DNA from: Eledone cirrhosa
Lineage: Eukaryota
DNA length: 64,000 bases
Assembly (NCBI GenBank): GCA_964016885.1
Contig: OZ024762.1
Location: 28,210,001-28,274,000 of the forward strand
Direction: 5' to 3'
Below, in pieces: positions 1 to 12,800 of the stretch (the first letter of the stretch is position 1; the number at the start of each line of letters is the position of its first letter). The notes below the pieces were generated by a model. That model made no database searches and was not told the origin of the DNA. It saw only the letters and a list, made by a program, of their open reading frames with translations. The position numbers were made by a program, and so were the translations under genes.

Positions 1-2520
1 CTGATCGGGGAAAATGGTAATGCGGTGAGAGCATGGTAACGAGGTGAGAGCTTGGTAACGAGGTGAGAGCTTGGTTAGGAAGTCTTTTACTGCTGTCAGT
101 CATTAGATTACAGCCATGTTGATTTGGGGAAATGGTAACAAGTTGAGAGTATCATCATCATCATCATCGTTTTACGTCCGTTCTTCCACGCTAGCATGGG
201 TTAGACGGGTTGTCCTGTTGTGGGCAGTGTCTGGTCGGCTGACCATGCCTTGCTCATACAGGAACTGATTTGGCTTGATTTCTACAGCTGGATGCCCTTC
301 CTAACACAACCTCATTTACAGTGAGTGCTGGGTGCTTTTTCGTGGCGCCTACACGTCCACTTTACAGTGTGGGCTGGGTGCTTTTTTGCCGTGGCACCTC
401 CACGACCACCTTGCAGTGGGAGGGTGTGGGGGCATATTGTCTATATGCTTCAGCTTGTACCCATGGGAGGTCGGGTACCCTGTATTACTGCGTGACGCCA
501 GAGGTCACGGTCATGTGTCATTGCCTTTGAGAGGTGTAATTGGGTAAGGTCGGCTTTTATCACCTCATCCCAGGTCATCTTGGGTCTCCCCACTCCGCGG
601 TTTCCATCGACTTCTAGTGCTCTGCACCTTTTTATGCAGCTGTCATCCTTCATACGCATCACATGTCCATACCAGCACAACCGCCTCTCCTGCACACAGC
701 ATTTGATTCCTCTTATGCTCAGTCTCTCTCTCAATTCATTTATGCTTTGTCGTTCACGTATATTACTGTTACACATCCATCGGAGCATGCAGGCTTCGTT
801 TCTCTCTAATCTACGTAAGTCTTCCACCTTCAGCGCCCAGGTCTCACTACCATGCAACATTGCTGTTCGGATACACGCATCATACAGTCTGCCTTTCATT
901 CTGAGGGAGAAGCCTTTTGCAGCTAGCAGTGGTAGTAGTTCCCTAAACTTCTTCCATCCCATTCTTACCCTAGTTATTGTACTTCTGAACACCCACCTCT
1001 GCTGCTAATTCGGTCACCTAGGTAGCAGAAGCTGTCTACTGTTTCTACAGAGCCCTCCCAGAGATTGGTGGTACTTGTTTCCTGTGGCTGTTTGCTGTGT
1101 GCGAGGTCATCAGCATACAGGAGTTACCATGGGCATCCGGTCTTAAACACCTCCGTTATTGCCTACAGGACTATGATGAACAGGAGGGGGCTAAGAACAG
1201 AGCCCTGGTGGACCCCAACCTGTACGCTAAATTCCTCGCTATACTCATTGCTAATCCTAACTTTGCTGACTGCTCCCCTATACATGGCTTGTACCGCTTT
1301 CACATGCCATTCATCTACTCCTAGTTTTCTAAGAGCCCACCAGATTACAGCACATGGAACTCTGTCAAAGCCTTTCTCAAGGTCGATAAATGTCAAGTAG
1401 AGTGGCTTACTTTTAGCTAGGTACTTTTCCTGTAACTGCCTCACAAGGAAGAGGGCATCAGTGGTGCCTCTTCCTGGTACAAACCCAAATTGCATCTTGT
1501 CTATTTTCACCCGGTCCCTAATCAACTGTGCTATAACTCTTTCTGTTACTTTCATGACCTGGTCCATCAACTTTATACCTCTATAGTTTCCTCTATCTAG
1601 TACATCGCCTTTACCTTTGTAGCAGTTGACAATGATGCTACTGCACCAATCTTTTGGTATGACACCTTCTAGTATTACCTGGTTAACAATACGTGTGGTT
1701 ATAGTGTGACCTACAGACCCAGATACCTTCAGCATCTCGGCAGCTATACCCGATGGACCGGTTGCCTTCCCCATCTTCATATCTTTGATTGCCTTACTTA
1801 CTACGTTGCTGCTGACTTGTACTGTTGGTCCCTCTATAGGGTCTACTTGGGGTAGGGTCTCTTCTTCCCATGCATTCTCCTCATTTAGTAATCTATCATA
1901 ATGACTCTTCCATGCATCTTTCTTCTCAGCACTTGTGAGGGCAAGCTCAACTTTATCATTCCGGATACACTTCTCTCCAATGACATCACAACTATCTCTG
2001 ACACACTGCCTCGCAATCTTGAACACCTCCTGTTTCTGGTCCTCACGTTGCAAAACATGCTTGAATTTTCTATCCTCTGCTTCCCTCCTAGCTAAGTATA
2101 CTTGTCGCCTAGCTTCCCTCTTGGTCTCTATGTAATGTACCCTGCTCCCCCCGTTCTTCCATTCTTTCCATGCCTGTCTCTTGGCCTTAGCTGCTTCATC
2201 TACCTTATTGTTCCACCACCAAGTCACTCTCCTCCTGCTTGAGGTCTTACTCCAGCCACAACCTCATCCGTCGCCTCTAGTAAATTATTTTTTAGGAACT
2301 CCCAGTTCCTAAATGTATGGAATTTTCCCAGTATGTATGGAATTTTTATTGCTTTCAGTCATTAGATTATGGCTTATTGGGAGAAAATGGTAATGAGGTG
2401 AGAGCATGGTATAGAATCTTTTACTGCTGTCAGTCATTAGATTGTGGCCATGTTGATTGGGAGAAAATTGTAACAAGTTGAGGGCTTGGTATGAAATATT
2501 TTACCACTGTCAGTCATTGT
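1..2520. repeat. Degenerate ~85-bp tandem repeat (1-150 and 2335-2520) split by the RTE
   Basis: Recurrent cagtcattagatt...aaaatggtaacgaggtgagagc units on both sides of the LINE. Confidence 0.7.
151..2310 (-). mobile_element. RTE LINE family A, 5'-truncated, internally deleted
   Basis: RT motifs NYRGIKL, QFGF, GVHQGSVLSP, YADD. 3' UTR and (GAT)n tail seen as (CAT)n at 151-167. About 290 bp missing at ~1100 relative to the copy at 39101. Confidence 0.93.
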
Positions 2521-2641
2521 GAAGGCACATGGCTTAGTGGTTAGAACATTGGGCTTGCAATCGAAAGGTTGTGAGTTCAATTTTCGGACCAGGTGATGTG
2601 TTGTGTCCTTGAGCAAGACACGTTATTCACGTTGCTCCAGT
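2519..2641 (+). mobile_element. tRNA-derived CORE-like SINE, 5' part
   Basis: A box tggcttagtgg, B box gagttcaatt, core gtgtccttgagcaagacac. Confidence 0.75.
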
Positions 2642-2995
2642 TTAAAAATGAAATGATAGGACTGGGGTCTTTATCATTAAATCACCCAAGACACCTCCGA
2701 GATATACCTTGGAGGAGGCCAGCTAAACCTGCATAGATGTGAGCTGTCACACACATACACATTAGATTATGACCACTAACGAGGTGAGGCAATGGTCTTA
2801 ATTGTTTTACTGATTTCAGTCATTAGACTATGGGATGCTAAGGCACCAACATAAAGGGATTTTAGTCAATCATATCAGTCACAACACTAATTATTTTCAT
2901 GTCTGGTATTTTTTTTATCAATCTCTTTTTTCAAACTTCTAAGTTACATGACATAAACAAAAACATAGAAGGGGACACACATATATGTACATATA

Positions 2996-3364
2996 CTCTT
3001 GGGTCCCAAATAATAGAGGGTGGATAAGCGGGGGTGGGGAATAAGCTAGAGGTGGGGATGGGTGTGGAATAAGCGGGCAGTTGGAAAATCGGTAATTTTA
3101 ATTTTTTTAGGTTGCCTCTGTTGCTTTTTTTAAAAAACCAGAATTAGCCATTTAGTTTACATATTGAGACCCTCAACCCATCCTATTTATTTTATAACAT
3201 ATGGGATTTCTAGTAATGTACTTTTTTTTTTGTCGTGTATAATGTTTTTAATGTATAAAGAAAATTGTCGCCGGAATGCTACCAGCTAAAATAAAATTTT
3301 GCCAGAGGAATAGTTTAGCAAAAATTAATAAGCAGGGGACGGATGATTATTCAAGACCCAAGAG
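2996..3364. mobile_element. Tc1/mariner-type MITE
   Basis: TIRs ctcttgggtc..aataat and attatt..gacccaagag, with TA flanking both ends. Confidence 0.75.
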
Positions 3365-3997
3365 TACACAAACATTAACCTGTTGACTGCTGCATGTATT
3401 TTACACAGCTACAGTTGCTGTGCAGGGTTTTTTTTCCAGTAAAATGACTATTTTTTTTAACACTTATTTATTAACAACACATATCTGAATGATTGACAAA
3501 TATCACATTAATAGACTAGTAACCCCATCTAGCTTTGTTGGAAATGAGTTCAAACATGTTAGGATGAGTTATCTCGTCTAATTCACTGAAGAGGTTAAAC
3601 AATGTTGATGATGAGTAAAAAAACCTCGCTAGTTGAAATATTTGTGAAACTTTAACCTTTTAGCATTATAACCGGCTGTATCTGGCCAGAATTCCCTCAC
3701 CTCTTTCTGTTCAAATTGACCATAAGTGGCTGCTCATTTTTATGTTAACCCTTTAGCATTTTTACATTACTGTATATTTACTATTGTATTTTTGTGGTAA
3801 AGGCTTTATTTCACATAATATTGAATTTTGAGAACAATACCTTAAAATCAGTATGAGTGGCTGGTTACAGCCAGTTTGAACAGAAAAGGTGAGAAAATTC
3901 TGGCTGGATATGGCTGGTTTAAATGCTTAAAGTTTAAGGTATTGTTCTCAAAATAAATATCAAAATTTTGTGGATTCGATATTATGCGAGACAGTTA

Positions 3998-5001
3998 TCT
4001 GTATATATATATAAAATTAAGTATGTGCCTGTGTATTACCTATAGGGGCCTACATCTTACAACCGATTTTCATGAAACATTACAGGCTCATAGATTAGTC
4101 ATCGGGAAGTGTTTTCTATATATCAGCGTATCGTTTTTTTTATTCCGGGGTCATTCTGCAGATAAAAATCGATAGGGGGGTCACCTTTTTTTAGGTATTG
4201 AAAAATAAGATTTTTGGCTCTAGCTCCTACATTTTGCCACTGATTTCGTTCAAATTTTAAAGCAAAATAGAATTTATTATTGCACATCCTGTAATGGCTT
4301 TATATTTTGTATATGTTGTTCAGGGACGGTGTGGCAGCTGCTTAAATATTAAAAAATACCACTTTTAGATTAAAATTTCCACTTTTTCGGCTCTAGCTCC
4401 CACATTAATCAACCTACTTTGTTCAAATTTTACACTACGCTAGATCTGATTATTTCACGTCTTAAAGTGGCTTTACATTTTGGATATTTTGTTCAGGAAC
4501 GGCATGGCACTGCTTAAATATACAAAAATACCACCTTTTTGCTCAAATTTCCGCCTTTTCGGCTCTAGCTCCCACATTTTTCAACCGATTTCGTTCAATT
4601 TCGAAACTTCGGCTCCACCTCACACATAAATCAATTTATTTGGTTCAACTTTTATACTACGATAGAACCTATCATTGCACATCTTATAGATGGTCAAAGA
4701 CAAAACGATGGCCACTGACGTCGTTTGAGCTTTTAGTTATGTATTTGAGAATTCATCAGTTCCCAATCAAGTAGCGTGAAGAAATTTGGCTTAGTGTTAG
4801 AAGTCATTACCTCCCTCACCCAGCATGCCCCTTCGTCAGTCAACTCGCGTTTCTCAGTGATAGAGGTTATCACCACCCTCCCCTGCATGGCCTGTGTGTG
4901 GCCATAGATGAGTCATCGAGAAGCAGTCGCGAAGATCAACACCTTTTCATCAAAGCAGATATTATTTTACCTACCCAGGCAATGCTGGGTACTGTTGCTA
5001 G
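3998..5001 (+). mobile_element. Non-autonomous Helitron inserted in a piggyBac-type MITE
   Basis: A|TC 5' end, 3' hairpin acccag-gcaatg-ctgggt (4973-4990), CTAG|T end, no TSD. Internal ~175-bp repeats (ggctctagctcc). MITE sequence resumes exactly across the site. Confidence 0.88.
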
Positions 5002-5095
5002 TGTGAAATAAAGTGTTTAACCATGAAAATACAATAGTATATATATTGAGTAATGTAAATGATAAAGACTTAATAAAACTATTTTCTTCTTGCAG

Positions 5096-5170
5096 GCATT
5101 ACAAGATGCTTTCACTCGTTGTGTTGATGTATTGAGTCTTTCAACCACACCTGATGATGTTGCAGCTCAG
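5096..5170 (+). CDS. DNAJC13: DNAJC13/RME-8 exon 1 of window (ALQDAFTRCVDVLSLSTTPDDVAAQ)
   Basis: ttcttcttgcag acceptor, CAG|gtaggt donor, 75 nt phase 0/0. Resembles recalled vertebrate VLQEAFSRCVAVL. Confidence 0.9.
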
Positions 5171-5288
5171 GTAGGTTATTGTTGTTGTTGTTTAACTCCA
5201 GGTCAGCTCTGACCAATGATATTTCACTTCTCACTACACTGATCATTCTTTGTTCTGACAAGATTTCATTATGAGTCTTTTTCACCAA

Positions 5289-5905
5289 GTGGAGGCATGT
5301 GGCTGAGTGGTGAGCGTGTTGGACATACAATCATAATGTCGTGGGTTCAATTCCTGGATTGGGTTGTGTGTTGTGTTCTTGAGCAAAACACTTCATTTCA
5401 CATTGCCCCAGTATACTCAGGTGAAAGTGAGTACCAACAATAGCTGGGGGTTTAACCCTGCGATGGACTAGTGTCCTGTCCAGGGGGAAGTCATGTACTC
5501 TGTCGTTTCATGCCACAGAAACCAGGATAAGCCCCAGCCTTATGAGCCTCCAAGCTTGAAACAGACTTTAACCCTACAGTGGACTGGTGTTCTGTCCAGG
5601 AGGGAGTCTTACTCAATTGCTTCATGCCATGGAAACCTGGATATTCACCAGCCTGATGAACCTCTGGACTTTAACCCTCCTGTCCAGGGGAAAGTCTTGT
5701 ACTCTCAGTGGCTTCAAGCCAAGGAAACCAGGATGAGCACCTTCCCGATGAACCTATGGGTTCAAGACAGAATTTAACCCTACGATGGACTGGCATCCTG
5801 TCAGTGAGGAGTCTTGTACTCTCAATTGCTTCAAGCCACAGAAACCAGGTTAACCACCAGCCTGATGAACCTCAGGGTTTTAGACAAACTTTAGACTTTA
5901 TCCCT
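5289..5905 (+). mobile_element. tRNA/CORE-like SINE with 3' module tandemly repeated about 4 times
   Basis: Pol III A/B boxes, gtgttcttgagcaaaacac core, repeated aaccct(g/a)cgatggact...gaaaccagg...cctgatgaacct units. Confidence 0.82.
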
Positions 5906-5965
5906 AACAAACAAACCCCCAATTTCAACCTGTTACATTCTTCTTTTTCCGTTCTTCAACTCCAG

Positions 5966-6082
5966 GTTTGCATGCACGTAACTCAGTGTTACTCCGTGGC
6001 TTCCCAATTTGAAGGGTGTCGAGAAAAGATACAAGAAATGGCATCTATAATCCGAGACCTTACAAAGATACTTTTCTACAAG
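5966..6082 (+). CDS. DNAJC13: DNAJC13 exon 2 (VCMHVTQCYSVASQFEGCREKIQEMASIIRDLTKILFYK)
   Basis: ctccag acceptor, AAG|gtgaga donor, 117 nt. CYSVAxQFExCREKI motif. Confidence 0.95.
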
Positions 6083-6199
6083 GTGAGAAACATGATCAAC
6101 GGTTAATCATTCTATTTTATATTCTTCAGTTCTTGTGTTCATTGGGGCAGCACTATCTTAATTGATGTTAATCTTTTAATCTATTACTGGTTTAAGTCA

Positions 6200-7734
6200 T
6201 TAACCCTTTAGCATTTATACCGGCCATATCCGGCCAGAATTCTCTCACTTCTTTGTATTCAAACTGACTATAACTGGCTCCTCCTCCTTATGTTAAGGTA
6301 TTGTTCTCAAAATAAATATCAAAATCTCGTAAATTCCATATTATGTGAGATAACTGAGAGATAAAGCTTTTATTGTGAAAATACAATAGTAAATACTTAT
6401 GTTAAGGAATTGTTCTAAATATAAATAATACCAAGATCTCGTAGATTTGATATTATGTGAGGTAAAGCCTTTACTGTGAAAATACAATAGTAAATATTGA
6501 ATAATGTAAATGCTAAAAAGTTAAACTATTACTGGTTTCAGTCATTAACCATTTAGCATTTATACTGGCTATATCCGGCCAGAATTCTCTCACCGCTTTC
6601 TGTTCAAACCGGCCGTAACTGGCTGCTCGTACTTATGTTAAAGTATTGCTCTAAAAATAAATATAAATCTCATACATTCGATATATGTGAGATAATAATG
6701 TAAGATAAAGCCTTTACCACAAAAATACAATAGCATGTACCTTCCGTTTCCTGGGTGACAAAATCAGCAGTGGTGGAGGGTGCTCTAAAACTACAGTAGC
6801 CAGAGTCAGAACGGGATGGAAAAAGTTCAGAGAGCTTATACCACTATTTACCACTAAAGGTTTCTCTCTAAAAATGAAAGGCAGATTGTATGATGCCTGT
6901 ATACGAACAGCAATGTTACATGGCAGTGAGACATGGGCATTACGTGCAGAGGACCTGTGCAGACTGGAGAGGAACGAAGCAACCATGCTCCGTTGGATGT
7001 GTAATAGTAATATACGTGAATGGCAAAGCATAAATGAACTAAGTGAGAAATTAGGAATAAGAGGATCAGATGTTGTTTACTCGAGAGAAGACTACGTTGG
7101 TATGGTCACGTGATGCGCATGAAAGACGACTAGTATAAAAAAGTGCAGGGCGATCAAAATTGATGGAAGTTATGGAGTAGGTAGACCCAGAAAAACCTGG
7201 GACGATTTGATAAATTCTGACCTCACACACTAACACCTCTCTAAGATGGTACTGGACCGAGATCTTTGGCGCTACGCAGTAATACAAAAGACCCGCCTTG
7301 CCTATGTACAAAGCGAAACCTGGTCAGTAGGCACCTCTTAACCAAATATATACCCCATCCCACTACCCCTACTCCACCCACCCACCACTCCCACCAACAC
7401 CACCCTTCCTCTGTAAAGTTATGTTGGTACCACAACATCCAGTCCAAAATAAATGAAGTCGTGTAAGTGTCACGACAAAAAAACACAGTCTACGCTGTAA
7501 TGTGGCCGTGTAGGTAACACGGTAAAAACCTCCCAGTTTCACACTGTAAACGTGGTTGGTGTTACTAAGGGCATCCAGCCGTAGAAAACCTGCCAGACAG
7601 CCCTATACGAGCGAGACATGGTTACCCGACCAATTTTGCCTCAAATGGGACAATTCCCGTCTAAACCCATGCTAGCGTGGAAGATAGATGTTAAACATTG
7701 ATGATGATGATGAATGTAAATGTTAAAGGGTTAA
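6200..7734. mobile_element. Cluster of piggyBac-type MITEs, second copy interrupted by an RTE
   Basis: ttaa-ccctttagcattt ... aaatg(c/t)taaaggg-ttaa termini. Confidence 0.8.
6736..7712 (+). mobile_element. RTE LINE family B 3' fragment, decayed
   Basis: KGRLYDACIRTAMLHGSETW, frameshifts, 3' UTR and (GAT)n tail. Confidence 0.9.
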
Positions 7735-8254
7735 ATGATGTTAATCTTTTAAACTACTACTGATTTCAGTCATTAAACAGCAGCCATACTTAAGTAACAC
7801 CTTAATTCTTTCATTACCATATTTCTAATGAAAGACACTCCTACAGTTTTCAAATAATTTTGAAAATAATCAAGAATTTGCAAGGGTTTAATAATATAGC
7901 AAGTTTTTTTATTTACAAGGTGTTTGGAGCATATCTTAACAAAGGTTCTTAGATGAAATTAAATATCAACACTTTAACAATTTTGTTACGATATTGAAAT
8001 ACATAAGGAAATACATGATTAAATACATAGCCTACGATTTAAAAAATTTTTTTAATAATAATTTTTGGGTGATGTAGCCTCATAGGAGGTCAGCTAAAGC
8101 TTAAGTGTGGGCTGTAACAACAACATGCAAGAAGCCTAATAGGCAGTCAGCTAAAACTTTATAGGTGTTATCTGTAACAACATGATATGACTGTGGTCCC
8201 TACAATTAAAACATGCAAGCAATCTCATAGGAGACCAGCTAAAACTTCAGATGT

Positions 8255-9020
8255 GTGACTTTCTTCTTTGCCCACTTATTCCTGAGAGGATCATTGGGCA
8301 GGCAGACTCCTCAAACACTCCTTCCAGTGGGTCCTGTTAGAAGCAACTGTCTCCAATTGATCTGGCTGACTGGATTCCCAAGTGTGACAATCAAGGTCAT
8401 GGATGTTATCCAACCATCTTGCTCGAGGTCTATCCCTGGGTCTCCTGCCAGTTGGTTTTTGCCTGTAAAATTTGTTCAGCGATTTTTTGCTGAGACATTC
8501 TAACCACATGACCATATAGAGCCACTACTTCTCTGAATTGAGAGACCACAGCTCCGATACTATGGATGGGCATGTGGTTAGAATGTCTCAGGAAAGAATC
8601 ACTGGACAGATTTGTAACTCGGAGATCAGAGAGTCATTCCAAGTAGAGCCGCTACTTCTTCAAATTGAGAGATCATAGTTCCGATACATGGGTATGTAGT
8701 TAGACTGTCTCGGGAAACAATCACTGGAAAGATTTGTAGCTCGGAGATCAGTCACTCCAGGTAGATCCACTACTTCTCCGAATTGAGAGATCACAGCTCC
8801 GATATTATGGGCATGTGGTTAGAATGTCTCAGGAAAGAATCACTGGAGAGCCGCTGCTTCTCCGAATTGAGAGATTACAGCTCCGATACTATGGACATGG
8901 GGTTAGAATGTCTCAGGAAAGAATCACTGGACAGATTTATAGATCAGAGATCAGAGAGTCACTCCAGGTAGAGCCACTATACCGAATTGGGAATCACAGC
9001 TCAGATACTAGGGGCATGTG
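8255..9020. mobile_element. Third RTE family (Expander-like): 3' fragment on minus (8255-8515) followed by a tandem array of its RT segment on plus (8520-9020)
   Basis: GRRPRDRPRARW C-terminal motif. Repeated EPLLLRIERxQLRYYGHVVRMSQERIT units. Related pieces near 25130-25420, 53820-54030 and 56980-57180. Confidence 0.72.
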
Positions 9021-9075
9021 AAGGTGCAAGCTGTAAATTTAATTTTGATTTTTTTTTTTGTCTTTTTTTCACTAG

Positions 9076-9426
9076 AATTTACAGAAGCTGTGTTCTGAAG
9101 TTGCTGCCTGCATAAGTGCATTTTGCATTGACTACTGGCTGCAGACACACCTGTACCAGGCAGGTGTCATCTGGCCATTGCTTCTGTACATGTTCCAGTA
9201 TGATTACACCTTGGAGGAGAGCGGTGTGGAGAAAAATAAGAATTCTAACCAACAGGAAGAATCTAACCAGTTAGCGTGTCTGTGTGTGGTGGCTTGTGCC
9301 CGGTTAGCCGGCTACAATAGCACTGCTGATGGCTCGTGCCCTGATAACCCGGCTGTGAAGAAGTCACTGTGTGCCATGTTGACTCCGTATATGTCAAGGA
9401 AGTTGGCCAATGAAAATCCATTTGAA
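9076..9426 (+). CDS. DNAJC13: DNAJC13 exon 3 (NLQKLCSE...DYWLQTHLYQAG...YDYTLEESG...MLTPY...NPFE)
   Basis: ttcactag acceptor, GAA|gtaagt donor, 351 nt. YDYTLEESG and MLTPY signatures. Confidence 0.96.
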
Positions 9427-9552
9427 GTAAGTAGAAAATATATCGTAATTACTGCAAGGTTTTTTTTTTATTTGTGTGTGTGAGTGTTTTTTTTTTTGTA
9501 TTGTCTTTCTTTCCCTTTTATTGCTCTCTCTATATCTCTCTCTCTCTCTCGT

Positions 9553-9598
<46 letters not shown>

Positions 9599-9862
9599 AA
9601 AAAACATGGGCGGAGGTGGTGAGAACAGACCTCAGATCGATGAAGCTCACGGTGGAGATGACGAAGGACCGTGACAAGTGGAGAGATGCTGTGCTGAATA
9701 AGACCCGTCCCACCCTTGCAAGCAGGGAAAAGCGGATGTATGATGATAATGATGACGCACATGCATGCATGTATGCATGCATACGTATGTACGTACGTAC
9801 GTACGTGCTTACGTATGTACGTACGTACGTACATACATACGTATGTACATATATACATACAT

Positions 9863-12800
9863 AATGGCGACCGTTGTGGTCAGTGTCTGATAATCGGACG
9901 TGTGTAATTACGGCTTACATGAAGGCAACATACCATATATTGGAAAATGTTGACCTACATTACGCAGTAAGATTACATACAATAATTCTACATAAGTGTT
10001 TGAACTGTAAGTGTGTTGTAACACACCTATTTATATGAACGATACATACACTTATGATATATGAACGATACATACACTTTAACATATAAATGCAAAGTTG
10101 TTGTATTATGCAAGTAACGTTTTCGATTCAGAAACAAAAACATAAGTGTTTGAACTGTGAACATGTGAATAAGTTGTAGAGCACCTATTTATATGAATGA
10201 TACATAAACTTTAACATAAATACAGCGTTGTTATATTATATTACATTCATAAAGAAATATACTAAGTAACGTTTTTTTTTTTTTTGTTCTCGATTTGAAA
10301 TGATTCAAGAACGTTTGAAACACAGTTGTAGAATTAAAAACTAACTGAAAAGAAATATTACCCAAGCTGTGAATAACTTTAAATTTGATTCTAACAGAAC
10401 TTTGTCGAAACTTTTAAAGAGCGACTATTTTGAAAAATAAATACAAAATATTAGTTAATAGACGAACTCATCATGGCAAAACGTACAAGTCTCCTTCGAC
10501 CAAATCGCAACTACAACCGTTGTATACAGTGGAGCTACGAGCTTAACAAAGAGTTATATGAAGCATACAAACAATCTGAACCCCAAAAGTTTGGTTTTAT
10601 GCAAAGGCTAAAAACTTTATGGAACTCCAAACACCCAGAATTAGACTTTTCTCCAAAGCATTTAAATGAACAGGCAAAACGTATCATTAGATGTAAATTG
10701 ATACATCTAACGGAATTGAGTGATACTAGAAATACAGCCCTTGTAGACAACCACCCCACCTGCACTGACAGACAAAGAAAATGGCCAGCTAAATCTAACA
10801 GTGAACAGCTCACCAACAATTTTGCTGAAATCCATCCCACTTCTATTGAAGAACAGCGAGAATGGTCAGCTAACTCTAGTAGTAATTGTCACCACATCAA
10901 CAACGAGGCTGAAATTCATGACTCTACTGTACAAACAGAACACCAAAAACTTGTGGACACCTTACAAGTGATATGGGACAATATGTTTCAAGAGATACAC
11001 AACCTTAATGTGAGTGACAGACCATACAACACCAGAACCAGTAAAGAACCCACTAAATTGGAATTGGAAGCGGTGAACGAAATAGCTGGCAATTATCTGA
11101 AGGCTATACGATCTAAAGGTGTAGAAACGACATTTGAAACGCTTAATATTTTGTTATATGTTTCAGCTGTCGCATTGCTATCATATAACACACATCTAAA
11201 ACCACGCAATCAAGATACAAACAAAAAGCCTGAACCAGCGTGGATGCAAAATTTAAAAAGAAAAATTTTGTCCCTGAGACGAAGTATCTCACACATCGCA
11301 GTTGTTATGAAATGCAACACAGAGAGCAACTTCATACGACACCAAGAAAACCTTAAAAAAAAGTTAGAGAGACGATTTGGAGATACAAAATTTAAAACTT
11401 TGAACTCCAAATTACACCAGTTGAAACAACTCACAGCTACAACAGAAAGACTAAAATATAAGTTAACAGCACATAAACGACAAGTGCTAAATAGATTGTT
11501 TGCCAGAGATCCTAAATCAGTTTATTGCAGCTTCGGTGGCAAAAGCTCAATCCCTGTAAATGAGCTACTGGAGATCTGTATGGGAAACGGATGACGGATT
11601 CAACAGACAAGCTAATTGGCTAAAAGAACTGGAACAGGACTACTGCCAACATGTCCAGACAAAACAATATGACATAGATGGGTCAATACTGGAAACAGCT
11701 CTACAGAAAATGTTGAATAGGAAATCACCAGGCCCAGACCTCATTACAGGATACTGGTTGAAGAATTTCACTTTCTATCGGCAAGATCTCATACAGCTGT
11801 TTACAGAAACCATTAAAGGCACACAAGAACTGCCCAGATGGTTATCAACTGCCACTACTCTCCTAATTCCCCAAAAGAGCCAAACCACCCTTGCTAAAAA
11901 TTACCGCCCAATAGCCTGCCAAAACATCATGTATAAATTATATACTGGGTGCCTTAACCTGTTCTTACAGGATCACTGTGCTACCAACAACATCATAACA
12001 CCTGAGCAAGCTGGTGGAAAGAGGGAGGTGTGGGGTTGCATAGATCACCTACTAACTAATAAAATGATTCAAGAAAAAACAAAAAAATCGCAGAAACATG
12101 ACTGTGGTGTGGCTGGACTATCAAAAAGCATAGGTGGATTGTTAAGGCTTTACAGTTAGCCAAAGTCCCACAACCATTGGTAGCTGCTGTTGAACGCCTG
12201 ACCAAGAACTGGTACACCAATTTAATCCTTAGAGGTGAGAAGGAGCAAGTTAAGACTGATAAGATACATTACCAGAAGGGCATCTTTCAGGGTGATAGCT
12301 TGTCAGTGCTACTCTTCGTTCTCTCACTAAATCCACTATTTTACCTACTCAGGAAACAAGGTGGACAAAGAAGTGGGTCCAGAAGTATCTCCCATCTTTT
12401 CTTTGTTGATGACCTGAAGTTGTATGGGCCAAATATCAATGACATCAAGAAACAATTGGACCTCATTACACAATTTTCAACAGACATCAAAATGAAATTT
12501 GGTGAGTCCAAGTGTGCATATTTGGCAGTAAAACGTGGAAGAGCTGTGCCCTCCTCTAGAAATCTAGAGATGAACGGCCTGACAATACAACCTCTACAGT
12601 CAGGTGACAACTACAGATATCTTGGACAGGAAGAGAATGTCAGATATGATGGACCCATAAATCCACCTATGAGAACCAGAACTGAATACCTCAGAAGAGT
12701 AAAGAAAATATGGTCATCAGAACTGTCAGCGTACAACAAATACATTGCCCACAATACTTATGCTGTGCCAATTCTAACGCCAACATTTGGCCTGCTGAAC

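Noticed and set aside
5289-5365. tRNA gene
   Set aside because: The A/B boxes continue into a SINE body with no cloverleaf. The same applies to 2519 and 51555.
9863-9990. HDV-like ribozyme at the 5' end of the R4 element
   Set aside because: Plausible for the clade, but I could not assemble the nested double pseudoknot by eye. It needs a descriptor search.
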